From: an uncultured Peptostreptococcaceae bacterium
GTDB taxonomy: Bacteria; Bacillota; Clostridia; Peptostreptococcales; BM714
Length of the DNA: 64,000 bases
Assembly (NCBI GenBank): GCA_964617505.1
Contig: CAZTZB010000003.1
Span: 7,968-71,967, forward strand
Reading direction: 5' to 3'
A program made the translations under genes and the position numbers. The notes under the pieces are model-generated. The model did not search any database. It worked only from the letters and a program-made list of their open reading frames with translations, and had not been told where the DNA came from. Positions within the stretch are counted from its first letter, which is position 1, and each line of letters begins with the position of its first letter. Of this stretch, positions 37,696-48,221 are shown piece by piece.

Positions 37696-39053
37696 ATCTT
37701 AAAAACAAACGTGTCATGGTGATTGGGATGGCGCTTTCCGGTTTAGAGGCGGGAAAATATCTTTCGCATCATGGAGCGATAGTTACCATATTCGATTCAA
37801 AAGAAGAAAGTGAGTTAAAGGAAGCCCTTGATTATCTTGATAATATTGATATTAAAGTTGAGACTGGCTTGAATCCTGAATCTGCAGAAGGCTTTGATTT
37901 GATTGTGTTAAGCCCCGGAGTACCAACGAATCTGTCTTTCATAAAAAAGGCTGTGGCCAATGGAGTTGAAGTAATTGGAGAATTGGAATTGGCAGGAGCT
38001 GTTTCAAAGGGTAGGGTAATTGCGATAACTGGAACAAACGGAAAGACTACGACAACGGCTTTGACTGGAGAAATTTTTAAAAAAGCCGGCAAGGATGTTC
38101 GTGTTGTGGGAAATATAGGGATACCGGCTATAAGCGTATCTGAATTGACCAACAAAGAAAGCTATTTAATAACAGAAGTCAGCAGCTTTCAGCTTGAATC
38201 TATAAAGAACTATAAGCCTGTGACTGCAGCTATATTGAATATTACGCCAGACCATTTGAATCGCCACGGAAGCATGGATTCATACATAGATGCCAAGAAG
38301 CGTATTTTTATGAATATGAATGATGGGCAAATTGTACTTAATTACGACAATGATATCACCAGAAGAATTGGAGAGAATATTAAAGCCAAAGGATTGGAAA
38401 TCATCTTTTTTTCTACATCAAAGGAATTGGAAAATGGTGTTTATGTTTCAAATGGTGAGATATGCATAAATCGTTTTAAATCAAAAAAAATTGTATGCAG
38501 GACAGACGAGATATTCATACCTGGAAGGCATAATTTAGAAAATGCACTGGCGGCGGCGGCGATAGCAGATTGCCATGGCATAGCTGTGAAAACCATTAGG
38601 GAAAGTCTTATTACTTTCGAGGGAGTTGAGCACCGCATAGAGTTTGTTGATGAGATAAGAGGAGTCAAGTATTATAATGATTCAAAGGGAACAAATCCAG
38701 ATGCGTCCATAAAGGCTATTGAAGCATTCGATGGACCCATCGTTTTAATTGCTGGAGGAATGGATAAGGGCAGCGATTTTTCTATGTTAATTGAATCATT
38801 TAATATGAAAGTTAAAGAAATGATAGTATTGGGGGAAACGAAGGAAAAAATAATTGCAGCTGCTGAAAAAAAAGGATTCCATGATATATTTAGAGTCGAG
38901 GATATGAAGTCGGCTGTAATAAGGGCCAGTGCGATTGCGAAAAAAGGCGATTGCGTTTTGCTTTCTCCTGCGTGTGCAAGTTGGGATATGTATAAAAGCT
39001 ATGAATACAGGGGAAAGGATTTTAAGGATAGAGTGAAAGAATTGAGGGATTAA
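37692..39053 (+). CDS. murD: UDP-MurNAc-L-Ala:D-Glu ligase MurD
   Basis: ATG 37692 overlaps the mraY stop (ATGA). It has VIGMALSG and GTNGKTTT. The track extension from 37599 lies inside mraY. Confidence 0.95.
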   Translation: MNLKNKRVMVIGMALSGLEAGKYLSHHGAIVTIFDSKEESELKEALDYLDNIDIKVETGLNPESAEGFDLIVLSPGVPTNLSFIKKAVANGVEVIGELELAGAVSKGRVIAITGTNGKTTTTALTGEIFKKAGKDVRVVGNIGIPAISVSELTNKESYLITEVSSFQLESIKNYKPVTAAILNITPDHLNRHGSMDSYIDAKKRIFMNMNDGQIVLNYDNDITRRIGENIKAKGLEIIFFSTSKELENGVYVSNGEICINRFKSKKIVCRTDEIFIPGRHNLENALAAAAIADCHGIAVKTIRESLITFEGVEHRIEFVDEIRGVKYYNDSKGTNPDASIKAIEAFDGPIVLIAGGMDKGSDFSMLIESFNMKVKEMIVLGETKEKIIAAAEKKGFHDIFRVEDMKSAVIRASAIAKKGDCVLLSPACASWDMYKSYEYRGKDFKDRVKELRD

Positions 39054-39056
39054 TAT

Positions 39057-40160
39057 ATGAAATCAAAAAATACAATTGATGTGTATATGTTGAGCTTGAT
39101 TTTAGTATTGGTAAGCATCGGGGTAATAATGGTATTTAGTTCGAGTTATTACTATGCATTGGACAAAATGGGAAATATATACTATTTTTTGATAAAAGAT
39201 GTAGTATGGGTGTTCCTTGGAATAGCTATAATGCTTGTGTTTGTTGCGATTGATTATCATGTTATTGAGAAAATTTCACCTCTTGCATATTTAATCGGAT
39301 TGGGTTTGCTTATATTAGTTCTCACATCATTTGGAATTGAGATAAATAATGCAAGAAGATGGCTTGAAATAGCGGGTTTTCGCTTTCAGCCTTCGGAGGT
39401 TGCCAAGCTTTGTTTGATTGTTTTCTTGGCATATAGTTTGTCAAAAAACAACAATAAAATCAAAAAGCTTATTAAGGGAAATGTGCCGTATCTGGCAATG
39501 GCAGCACTTTATTCAGCTCTTATAATTAAACAGCCTAATATGTCTACCTCGGTTATAATGATTTTAATTGCTTTTGCAATGCTTTTTGTTGCCGGCATGT
39601 TGTGGAGATATTTGATTGGTATTGGGAGTATTGGTATTGCGGTGGGGTATTACTTTATACAAAGCAGCTCCTATAGACATGCGAGGTTTTTGAGTTTTTT
39701 AGATCCTTTCGCAGATGCCGCCGATAGTGGATACCAGGTTATTCAATCGCTTTATGCCCTAGGATCCGGAGGCTTGTTTGGTGTTGGGCTTGGGCAGGGC
39801 ATGCAAAACAAGCTATACATACCTGAACCGCAGAATGATTTTATTTTTGCGACTATAGGTGAAGAGTTGGGTTTAATAGGTTGCCTGATAGTAATGGGTC
39901 TTTATATGATATTGATATGGAAGGGTGTAAAAATTGCGCAAAACGCACCGGATCTTTTCGGGACGCTTCTGGCCACAGGCATTGTGTCAATGATAGCTTT
40001 TCAAGTTATGATTAATATTGCAGTGGCGACATCATCAATTCCTGTTACAGGCATTCCACTTCCATTCATAAGCTATGGTGGGAGTTCAATGATTATTCTT
40101 ATGACTGAAATGGGTATACTAATGAATATTTCCAAACAAGGAATGAGGGTTGAAAAATGA
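39057..40160 (+). CDS. ftsW: SEDS peptidoglycan glycosyltransferase FtsW
   Basis: It is polytopic, with RW..I.GF.FQPSE.AK and PLPF.SYGGSS. Confidence 0.9.
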   Translation: MKSKNTIDVYMLSLILVLVSIGVIMVFSSSYYYALDKMGNIYYFLIKDVVWVFLGIAIMLVFVAIDYHVIEKISPLAYLIGLGLLILVLTSFGIEINNARRWLEIAGFRFQPSEVAKLCLIVFLAYSLSKNNNKIKKLIKGNVPYLAMAALYSALIIKQPNMSTSVIMILIAFAMLFVAGMLWRYLIGIGSIGIAVGYYFIQSSSYRHARFLSFLDPFADAADSGYQVIQSLYALGSGGLFGVGLGQGMQNKLYIPEPQNDFIFATIGEELGLIGCLIVMGLYMILIWKGVKIAQNAPDLFGTLLATGIVSMIAFQVMINIAVATSSIPVTGIPLPFISYGGSSMIILMTEMGILMNISKQGMRVEK

Positions 40161-41230
40161 AGATAATTATTACAGGAGGAGGAACTGGAGGCCATGTGTA
40201 TCCGGCTCTTTCGATTGCCGACGAAATAAAAAAAAGGAAGCCAAATGCGGAAATAATTTTTGTTGGGACCGAAAAAGGTCTTGAAAGCAGGGTTGTTCCA
40301 GAGGCTGGTTATAAACTGGAAATAATAGAAGCGGCTGGATTGAACAGAAAAAGTATTTTGAAAAACGCAAAGGTTATATCAACTTTTTTCAAGGGATTTG
40401 GTCAATGCAAGGCTATACTTAAGACATTCAAACCTGAACTTGTCATAGGAACAGGCGGGTATGTATCGGGGCCAATGGTGTTTCTGGCTTCGATGAAGGG
40501 TATTAAAACTTGTATACATGAACAGAATGCATATCCTGGAGTAACAAATAAATTGCTTGGACTTACGGTTTCGGAAATAATGACAGGGTTTGAAGCCTCC
40601 GATAAATTTTTTGCAAGAAAAAAAAGAGTGCATTATACGGGAAATCCCGTCCGTAAAGAATTTTACAATGTAAATAAAGTTGAAGCGAGGGGAAAGCTGG
40701 GTATTCCGCAAGAGCAGTTTCGAGTGCTTAGTATGGGAGGAAGTGGCGGAGCCTGCTTTTTGAATGATATGATTAAGGAAAGTATGAATATTTTAAAAGG
40801 CCAAAATATTTATTTTACGCATATAACCGGTAAGCGCTATTATGAAGAATTCATAATAGATTTTGCTGGAGATGATAATATGGAAATATATCCATATATT
40901 ACAGATATGGCTGTTCATATGGCTGCAGCTGATATCGTTATTTCAAGAGCAGGAGCTATAACAGTAGCAGAAATACTTAAACTTGGCAAACCGTCATTAT
41001 TGATTCCTTCACCAAACGTTACAGGCAATCACCAGTTTCATAATGCATATGCTTTAAAGGAATCCGGTTGCGCAGTGCTGTTAGAAGAAAAAGATCTTAC
41101 TGGGGAAAATTTGGCACAAATAATATTGCAACTTTATGAAGAACGAGATAGAATCAAGAGCATGGAAAAATGCGCTGGTTTTTACAAGAAAAGCGATGCG
41201 ATTAAATCAATAGTGGACAGGATGATGTAA
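40157..41230 (+). CDS. murG: UDP-GlcNAc:lipid I GlcNAc transferase MurG
   Basis: It has GGGTGGHVYPAL and a C-terminal GT28 domain (SRAGA.T..E). Confidence 0.95.
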   Translation: MKIIITGGGTGGHVYPALSIADEIKKRKPNAEIIFVGTEKGLESRVVPEAGYKLEIIEAAGLNRKSILKNAKVISTFFKGFGQCKAILKTFKPELVIGTGGYVSGPMVFLASMKGIKTCIHEQNAYPGVTNKLLGLTVSEIMTGFEASDKFFARKKRVHYTGNPVRKEFYNVNKVEARGKLGIPQEQFRVLSMGGSGGACFLNDMIKESMNILKGQNIYFTHITGKRYYEEFIIDFAGDDNMEIYPYITDMAVHMAAADIVISRAGAITVAEILKLGKPSLLIPSPNVTGNHQFHNAYALKESGCAVLLEEKDLTGENLAQIILQLYEERDRIKSMEKCAGFYKKSDAIKSIVDRMM

Positions 41231-41232
41231 CA

Positions 41233-41961
41233 GTGAAGCGCAAAAATATCTTTAAGATAGTAATTGCAATTTCCATTTTTATTGCCATGATGTATATAAT
41301 AGTTTTCATGACGAATATATTTATCATAGAGAACTGTAGTATTATGCCCAAAATAGCGAACATTGACGAAGAGGCCTTGTCAGAATCGATATTGGGGAAA
41401 AACATTTTTGTTTTAAATGCAAAAGAGGTTAAGATGATGCTCGAAGAAAGACCGGAGGTAAAGTCAGTAACATTAAGACGCCATTTTCCCGATTCAATAG
41501 AGATAGATATGGTTTTGAGAGAAAAAATCATTCAAATAGAATATATGAATGGAACTATAGGGATAGCATCAGACGGCTATGTGATGGATTATGATCCAAT
41601 GATAGAAGAAGGTTTGAACGGGGACTACCTTAGGGTAAAGGGTTTTGAATTCGAAAGATTCGAAAAAAATTCGGTAATAGTGACCGATCAATACGATCTT
41701 CTTGAAAATATTATAATGCTTGCGAAATTTCTTAAGAATGAAATTGAAGAAAAAACCGATTTTGTATTTATTGAGGATAATCATTTGATGCTGCAGATAC
41801 AAAAGGATTTTTTGGTGGATTTCGGTCTGCTTGATGATCCCATAGAAAACAAATTGGGAAAAATGAAATTAATTTTGCAAGATTTAAACAGCAAGAATAT
41901 CAATAGAGGTATAATCAACTTGAGGTATGAAAAAAACCCGGTTTATTATCCGATTCATTAG
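41233..41961 (+). CDS. ftsQ: cell division protein FtsQ/DivIB (POTRA)
   Basis: It has a single TM segment, then a POTRA-like segment (V..V...R.FPD...I.V.E). Its position after murG supports the call. Confidence 0.7.
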   Translation: MKRKNIFKIVIAISIFIAMMYIIVFMTNIFIIENCSIMPKIANIDEEALSESILGKNIFVLNAKEVKMMLEERPEVKSVTLRRHFPDSIEIDMVLREKIIQIEYMNGTIGIASDGYVMDYDPMIEEGLNGDYLRVKGFEFERFEKNSVIVTDQYDLLENIIMLAKFLKNEIEEKTDFVFIEDNHLMLQIQKDFLVDFGLLDDPIENKLGKMKLILQDLNSKNINRGIINLRYEKNPVYYPIH

Positions 41962-41971
41962 GAGTGGTTGT

Positions 41972-42703
41972 ATGAAAAGATTTGACGTAAAAACAACAAT
42001 AACAATAGGCTTGATAAGCGTTGTGCTTGGTATGGTTTTTTCAATTCAATACAAAGCGGTAAACAGCAATTATCTGGAGGGTCTTTTCCCGAGCCAAAGG
42101 GCTATACAGCTTGATAATGAATTGAGTAATACAATAGCTGAAAAAGAAACCTTGCAAGAACAGCTTGAATACTATGAGGCTGAACTGAGAACCATAAAAG
42201 AGTCTGAATCAAAAGAAAGCGTTGTAATAAAGAGCCTGAATGACGATATACTTAAGTTTAGGGTTGTCGCCGGACTTGAAGATGTAGAGGGCGAAGGGAT
42301 ACAGGTTATAATTGAAGATCCGCTTGAAAATATCGAGTACTCTGGAGAGAACGGAAGTGTAATTATGTACAATTACGATTTGATTCTCTCTATGCTTAAT
42401 ATACTAAATGCTGCAGGAGCAGAAGCTGTGTCGGTTAACAACCAAAGAATAATAGCAATGACTGAAATACATCTTGCAGGAAACAATTTGAATATAAACA
42501 ATGTGCCTACAGCTCCGCCCTTTGCTATAAAGGCAATTGGAAATTCCGACACGCTTGAGGCTTCCTTGAATATAAGATATGGAATTGTGTGGGAAATGCG
42601 CGAAAATTATAAACTGCAAGTGGGCATAAAGAAATTTGAAAACATAATGATTGAAAAATATAAGGATGTAATCAAATTTAGATATGCCAAGCCGGTGGAG
42701 TGA
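41972..42703 (+). CDS. DUF881 protein (YlxW/YlxX family)
   Basis: It has a TM anchor, a coiled coil and the DUF881 core GEGIQVIIED...NAGAEAVSVNNQRI. ATG 41972 follows a GGAG SD. Confidence 0.8.
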   Translation: MKRFDVKTTITIGLISVVLGMVFSIQYKAVNSNYLEGLFPSQRAIQLDNELSNTIAEKETLQEQLEYYEAELRTIKESESKESVVIKSLNDDILKFRVVAGLEDVEGEGIQVIIEDPLENIEYSGENGSVIMYNYDLILSMLNILNAAGAEAVSVNNQRIIAMTEIHLAGNNLNINNVPTAPPFAIKAIGNSDTLEASLNIRYGIVWEMRENYKLQVGIKKFENIMIEKYKDVIKFRYAKPVE

Positions 42704-42704
42704 T

Positions 42705-43442
42705 ATGAAACGGGGGCTTATGAAAATGAGCAACAAAGTTTATATCTTTATGATGGCAGGAATAGTAGGTTTGTTTATGGCTCTTTTGCTTAATAATGCA
42801 TCAAGCGAGTATAAGATAATACCTTTCAAGCTAATAAACGATTACAAAAGAGTGATTGAAATAGAGCAATTGGAGATAAAATCCTTAGGGAACCTTTTAG
42901 AAGAAACAAAAATGAAAATTGAGAACATCAAGGATGAGCAGGCCAAAGGAAATGTTCAACCATTGCTGGAGCAAGAAGTAGATGAATATAAGGCGATTGC
43001 AGGATTTCTGGGTCTTGAGGGGCCAGGCGTGCTTGTACTGATTAGTGACGGAGAAAGGGAATTGCTTGACGGAGAGGATGCAAACAATTTGCTTGTCCAT
43101 GACATAGATGTACTTAATATAGTAAATGATTTAAAAATTGCAGGAGCGGAAGCAATTTCGCTTAACGGACAAAGAATAATTTCTGTAAGTGAAATCAATT
43201 GCGCTGGTCCAACAATAAAAATTAACGACCAGGTTTATTCGCAGCCCTATATTATTAAGGCGATTGGCAATTCCGATTATCTTCAGGCTGCAATCAAGGC
43301 ACCAGGGACCTATGGGAATCTATTAAAGCAGGTAGGTCTTTTCGTAGAGGCAAATACTAGTGTAAGTTTAAGTATACCGGCGTATGAAGAGCCGTTGGAT
43401 TACAATTATTTGAAAAGAGTTGAAAGGAATGATAAGCCATGA
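42705..43442 (+). CDS. DUF881 protein, second paralogue
   Basis: It has GPGVLVLISD...IAGAEAISLNGQRI, paralogous to the preceding ORF, as with B. subtilis ylxW/ylxX. Confidence 0.8.
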   Translation: MKRGLMKMSNKVYIFMMAGIVGLFMALLLNNASSEYKIIPFKLINDYKRVIEIEQLEIKSLGNLLEETKMKIENIKDEQAKGNVQPLLEQEVDEYKAIAGFLGLEGPGVLVLISDGERELLDGEDANNLLVHDIDVLNIVNDLKIAGAEAISLNGQRIISVSEINCAGPTIKINDQVYSQPYIIKAIGNSDYLQAAIKAPGTYGNLLKQVGLFVEANTSVSLSIPAYEEPLDYNYLKRVERNDKP

Positions 43443-43777
43443 TTGTTGCTTTGATTGGAATAATAGTTGGATTAGGAATTGGTTTTTATTTGCCTATAAC
43501 ATTTCCGGCTCAATATTCACTGTATCTTTCGATTTCCATAATTGCTGCTTTTGATTCGGTATTTGGAGCTGTTAGGGCAAATCTGGAAAATAAATTTGAT
43601 ACGCTTATTTTTACAACAGGTTTTTTTGGAAATGCTTTTCTTGCAGGCATGCTGGCCTACATAGGGGATCAATTGGGTGTTCCTCTGTATTATGCGGCAA
43701 TTGTAGCTTTTGGTGTTAGGCTGTTTGAAAATTTTGCCTTCATCAGGAGGTACTTCATAGCAAAATTAAGAGAATGA
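43439..43777 (+). CDS. sbp: small basic protein Sbp (DUF1290)
   Basis: It is a 112-aa membrane protein in the conserved slot after the DUF881 pair. Confidence 0.75.
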   Translation: MIVALIGIIVGLGIGFYLPITFPAQYSLYLSISIIAAFDSVFGAVRANLENKFDTLIFTTGFFGNAFLAGMLAYIGDQLGVPLYYAAIVAFGVRLFENFAFIRRYFIAKLRE

Positions 43778-43862
43778 GAGCTAAATGAAGTGTTTTGTGT
43801 TACAATTGATAATAATATCCATAGATTTTAAAGTAATAAATAGTCGATAAGGGGGGTACTAT

Positions 43863-45041
43863 ATGTTGGAATTTGATACCGATATAGAGCGATTTGCACA
43901 AATAAAAGTTGTTGGAGTTGGTGGTGGCGGAAACAATGCTGTTAATAGAATGATCGATGCAAACTTAAAAGGCGTGCAATTTATTGCGATAAATACAGAT
44001 AAACAATCGCTTTTTTCTTCAAAAGCGGAAGTTAAAATACAGATAGGAGAAAAAATTACTCAAGGCCTTGGAGCCGGAGCAGACCCTGAGATTGGAAAAA
44101 AATCTGCCGAAGAAAGCCGTGATGAAATAGCGCAGGCATTAAATGGTTCGGATATGGTGTTTGTAACTGCAGGGATGGGTGGCGGAACAGGTACTGGAGC
44201 AGCGCCGATTGTTGCTGAAATTGCCAAGGAAATGGGAATCTTGACGGTTGGAGTTGTTACTAAGCCTTTCGGATTTGAAGGTAAAGTAAGAAGGCGGCAT
44301 GCTGAAGTTGGAATCGAAAGATTGGGTGAAACAGTAGATACTCTAGTTACAATACCAAATGATCGCTTGCTTCAGGTTGTAGGTAAGAAAGCGTCAATAA
44401 TGCAGGCTTTTCAAGTGGCGGATGATGTATTGAGGCAAGGTGTTCAAGGTATTTCCGATTTGATATCTATACCTGGACTGGTAAACCTTGATTTTGCCGA
44501 TGTTAAAACAATAATGCATGAAAAAGGATTGGCACACATGGGTATCGGAAAGGCAAGCGGAGAAGATCGGGCGAAGGAAGCAGCGAGAATGGCTATTCAA
44601 AGTCCTTTGCTGGAAACGACTATAAATGGTTCAAAAGGAGTATTGCTTAATATAACCGGTGGCATTGATTTAGGTTTGTTCGAGATAAACGAAGCAGCCG
44701 AATTGGTTTCAGAAGCGGCTGATCCTGATGCAAATATAATCTTCGGGGCTGTAATAGACGATGATATGAAAGATGAGATTAGAATAACGGTCATTGCTAC
44801 AGGATTCGAAAGATATATAGGGCTTGCTACTGATGCATTAAAAAAAGAAGAATCCCAAGAAGAAGTGGAAGTGAAATCTGCGGCATTGGAAGAAAAAGAT
44901 GCTTTGGATGAAGAATGCGACGATGATATTGAGGGAAGCCAGATTGAAATCGTAGAAGATGGTTTTCCAAAATCTAACAATGATGGATTTGAGGTGTTGG
45001 ATATCCCGACATTTTTGCGATCAAAAAGAAATGCATTGTAG
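43863..45041 (+). CDS. ftsZ: cell division GTPase FtsZ
   Basis: It has [13 protein letters not shown] and the tubulin signature [10 protein letters not shown]. The acidic linker is followed by the C-terminal peptide DIPTFLR. Confidence 0.97.
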   Translation: MLEFDTDIERFAQIKVVGVGGGGNNAVNRMIDANLKGVQFIAINTDKQSLFSSKAEVKIQIGEKITQGLGAGADPEIGKKSAEESRDEIAQALNGSDMVFVTAGMGGGTGTGAAPIVAEIAKEMGILTVGVVTKPFGFEGKVRRRHAEVGIERLGETVDTLVTIPNDRLLQVVGKKASIMQAFQVADDVLRQGVQGISDLISIPGLVNLDFADVKTIMHEKGLAHMGIGKASGEDRAKEAARMAIQSPLLETTINGSKGVLLNITGGIDLGLFEINEAAELVSEAADPDANIIFGAVIDDDMKDEIRITVIATGFERYIGLATDALKKEESQEEVEVKSAALEEKDALDEECDDDIEGSQIEIVEDGFPKSNNDGFEVLDIPTFLRSKRNAL

Positions 45042-45068
45042 TTCTTTATAGTTGAAAGGAGGTAATTC

Positions 45069-45530
45069 ATGAATTGTCCATTTTGCAGCAATAGCGAAAC
45101 GAAAGTGATTGATTCTAGACCGACAGACGAAGGAAATTCAATTAGGAGAAGGCGTGAATGCCTCGAATGCAAAAGAAGGTTCACTACCTATGAAAAAATT
45201 GAGGAGATCCCACTTGTAGTTGTCAAGAAAGACATGAGTAGGGAATCTTTCAATCGTGATAAAATAAGGAATGGAATAATAAAGGCTTGCGAAAAAAGAC
45301 CTGTTTCCCTGCAAACAATTGAACACATTGTTGAGGAATTGGAAAAGGAATTGCAAAGTTGTTTGGAAAAGGAAATAGAATCGGTGCATATCGGAGAATT
45401 AGTAATGCAGTATTTGAAGGATACCGATGAAGTTGCCTATGTCCGATTTGCGTCTGTATACAGACAATTCAAGGATATTAATACCTTTATGGATGAATTG
45501 AAGAAAATTCTAAACGAAAAGGATGCATAA
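45069..45530 (+). CDS. nrdR: transcriptional repressor NrdR
   Basis: It has MNCPFC...RRREC..C..RFTTYE and an ATP-cone domain. Confidence 0.95.
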   Translation: MNCPFCSNSETKVIDSRPTDEGNSIRRRRECLECKRRFTTYEKIEEIPLVVVKKDMSRESFNRDKIRNGIIKACEKRPVSLQTIEHIVEELEKELQSCLEKEIESVHIGELVMQYLKDTDEVAYVRFASVYRQFKDINTFMDELKKILNEKDA

Positions 45531-45532
45531 GA

Positions 45533-46870
45533 ATGGGAAAATGCGATTCGATTAGCTATGGTATGGTTGAGAATGTTAAAGAGGGAAGCATAGGAGAAGA
45601 AGCAGGCATTGAAAAGGGAGATAGTCTGATAAGTGTAAACGGTTCTAAAATAACGGATATATTGGACTATATATATTTGACTAATGATGAATATCTTCTT
45701 TTGGAAGTAGACAAACCTAACGGAGAATTGTGGGAAATAGAAATAGACAAGGACTATGATGATGATCTTGGATTGGTTTTTCTTTCTCCGACCATTGATC
45801 ATATAAAGTGTTGCCATAATAAATGTTTGTTCTGTTTTGTGGATCAAATGCCCTTAGGCATGCGATCCTCATTGTATGTAAAGGATGATGATTACAGACT
45901 TTCAGCCTTGCATGGAAATTTTGCGACTTTTACGAATCTTGGAGAAAAAGATCTCGAAAGAATAATTAAGTTTCACATATCGCCAATTAATGTTTCGATA
46001 CATGTTACTGATCCGGAAACGAGGATTCGCATGATGGGAAACAAACATGCCGGTGAGATAATGAATCAAATCAAGCTTCTTGCCGATAATCATATATCCA
46101 TTAATGGACAAATAGTGCTTTGCCCCGGTCTTAATGACGGAAAGGTGCTTGAGAATACACTCGACGATTTGGAGATTTTTTTACCTGACTTACAGAGCTT
46201 AGCTATTGTACCTGTAGGCATAACCAAGTTTAGAGAAAATCTTTACAAACTGGAAAAAGTAGATAAAATAAAGGCCAGGGAAGCAATTGCTATTGTTGAA
46301 AAGAAGCGTAAAGAATTCAAAAATCGCCATGGCAAGGCTTTTGTACACCTGTCCGATGAATTCTATATATTGGCGGAGATGGATTTTCCTTCCTATGACG
46401 AATATGAGGGTTTTTTGCAGATTGAAAATGGGGTAGGGATGGTAAGGAAGTTTGAAAGCCAGATCAATGAAGCTTTGGAAAAAATCGACGAGGTGTCAAT
46501 TGAAAGCTTAAAAATAGCAATAGTTACAGGAGAGCTTTCATATGTTTTTATAAAAAGAATTGCAGATATTCTTGAAAAAAAAATAGAAGGTCTTTCCATA
46601 GAAGTTGTAATGGTTGAAAATGATTATTTCGGAAAAAGCATTACGGTTTCAGGACTCGTATGTGGAATTGATTTGACAAAAAAACTTGCTGAAATTGAAG
46701 AAAAAACAGTGCTGATTCCAGGTGTTATGATAAAGGAAGGGACAAGATTGACCGTTGATGACATGGATATCGATGAAATAGGTAAAAGATTAAAGAAAAA
46801 AATAATTCCAGTTGATGTTGACGGATTTATGTTGGTTGATAAGATTGTTAAATTGAAGAATCGGAGCTGA
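45533..46870 (+). CDS. PDZ-domain radical SAM protein (DUF512 family)
   Basis: It has an N-terminal PDZ-like segment (GSIGEEAGIEKGDSLISVNG), the CxxxCxxC cluster CHNKCLFC and a DUF512-type C-terminus. It lies upstream of der, as in many Clostridia. Confidence 0.7.
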   Translation: MGKCDSISYGMVENVKEGSIGEEAGIEKGDSLISVNGSKITDILDYIYLTNDEYLLLEVDKPNGELWEIEIDKDYDDDLGLVFLSPTIDHIKCCHNKCLFCFVDQMPLGMRSSLYVKDDDYRLSALHGNFATFTNLGEKDLERIIKFHISPINVSIHVTDPETRIRMMGNKHAGEIMNQIKLLADNHISINGQIVLCPGLNDGKVLENTLDDLEIFLPDLQSLAIVPVGITKFRENLYKLEKVDKIKAREAIAIVEKKRKEFKNRHGKAFVHLSDEFYILAEMDFPSYDEYEGFLQIENGVGMVRKFESQINEALEKIDEVSIESLKIAIVTGELSYVFIKRIADILEKKIEGLSIEVVMVENDYFGKSITVSGLVCGIDLTKKLAEIEEKTVLIPGVMIKEGTRLTVDDMDIDEIGKRLKKKIIPVDVDGFMLVDKIVKLKNRS

Positions 46871-46874
46871 TTAT

Positions 46875-48200
46875 ATGACAAAACCAATACTAGCTATTGT
46901 TGGAAGACCCAATGTTGGGAAATCTACGTTTTTTAATAAAATTGCAGGAAGAAGAGTGTCTATTGTCGAGGATAAGCCTGGAATAACTAGGGATAGAATA
47001 TATATTGAAGCGGAGTGGCTTAGTCACAAATTCATTATGATCGATACAGGCGGCATTGAAATTGTAGGCGAAAATGTCATAATGGACAATATGAAAAAAC
47101 AGGCAGAACTGGCTATAGAAACAGCTGATGTGATTTTATTCATGCTTGATGGAAGAGAAGGTCTGACTTCAACGGATGAATATATTGCCGATATGCTAAG
47201 AAAAACAAGAAAGCCAGTATTGCTTGTAGTCAACAAGGTAGACAAGATAACATCCATTAATGATACGGTACTTGATGCATATACATTGGGGCTTGGAAAT
47301 CCTATGGCGATTTCATCTGCAAACGGTTTAAATCTGGGAGACTTGCTAGATGATATTGTGGGACATTTTCCTGAATCGGACCCTTATGCAGAGGAAGATG
47401 ATGTCATAAAGGTAGCCCTAATAGGAAAACCCAATGTTGGAAAATCATCTATAATAAACAGAATACTGGGTGAAGAGCGGGTAATAGTAAGCCATATATC
47501 CGGAACGACAAGAGATGCAATTGATACGCCATTTGAACAAAATGGAAAAAAGTATACGTTAATCGATACAGCTGGAATAAGAAGAAGAGGCAGAATTCAT
47601 GAAAATGTTGAAAAGTATAGCGTAATAAGGTCCTTGAGTGCAATAGAAAGGGCCGATGTATGTTTTCTTGTTCTTGATGCGGAGGATGGCATATCGGAAC
47701 AGGATATACGGATTGCCGGATATGCTCATGAAGCTGGACGTGCAATTGTTATCGTGGTGAATAAATGGGACACAATAGAGAAGGGCAACAAGACATATGA
47801 TGAATTTGTTAAGCTCATCAGAAACGAGATGGCTTATTTGTCATATGCTCCAATTTTATTTATTTCGGCAAAAACAGGGAAAAGAACTGAAAAGCTAATT
47901 GAACGCATTGATTTTGTCTATAGCGAATATAGTAAAAGAGTTTCTACTGGTGCGCTGAACGATCTATTGAACGAAGCTGTTTTGCTAAATCAACCTCCTT
48001 CGGACAAGGGAAAGCGTCTTAAGATTTATTACATGACACAAGTTTCAGTGAGACCCCCCAAATTCGTGCTCTTTGTCAACAAAAGGGATTTGGCGCATTT
48101 TTCCTACGTTAGGTATATTGAAAACAAGGTAAGAGGGGCATATGGATTTGATGGTACGCCAGTAGTATTCGAGGTAAAAGAAAAAATAAAAGAAATTTAA
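46875..48200 (+). CDS. der: ribosome-associated GTPase Der (EngA)
   Basis: It has two tandem G domains (GRPNVGKST and GKPNVGKSS) and a KH-like C-terminus. Confidence 0.95.
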   Translation: MTKPILAIVGRPNVGKSTFFNKIAGRRVSIVEDKPGITRDRIYIEAEWLSHKFIMIDTGGIEIVGENVIMDNMKKQAELAIETADVILFMLDGREGLTSTDEYIADMLRKTRKPVLLVVNKVDKITSINDTVLDAYTLGLGNPMAISSANGLNLGDLLDDIVGHFPESDPYAEEDDVIKVALIGKPNVGKSSIINRILGEERVIVSHISGTTRDAIDTPFEQNGKKYTLIDTAGIRRRGRIHENVEKYSVIRSLSAIERADVCFLVLDAEDGISEQDIRIAGYAHEAGRAIVIVVNKWDTIEKGNKTYDEFVKLIRNEMAYLSYAPILFISAKTGKRTEKLIERIDFVYSEYSKRVSTGALNDLLNEAVLLNQPPSDKGKRLKIYYMTQVSVRPPKFVLFVNKRDLAHFSYVRYIENKVRGAYGFDGTPVVFEVKEKIKEI

Positions 48201-48221
48201 AAAGACTACAAGGAGGTCTTT

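Noticed and set aside
44597-45184. A 195-aa minus-strand ORF antisense to the ftsZ 3' end and the nrdR 5' end.
   Set aside because: It spans two well-supported + strand genes and the intergenic SD. It is Ser-rich low-complexity and resembles no family. This is a typical antisense artefact in AT-rich DNA.
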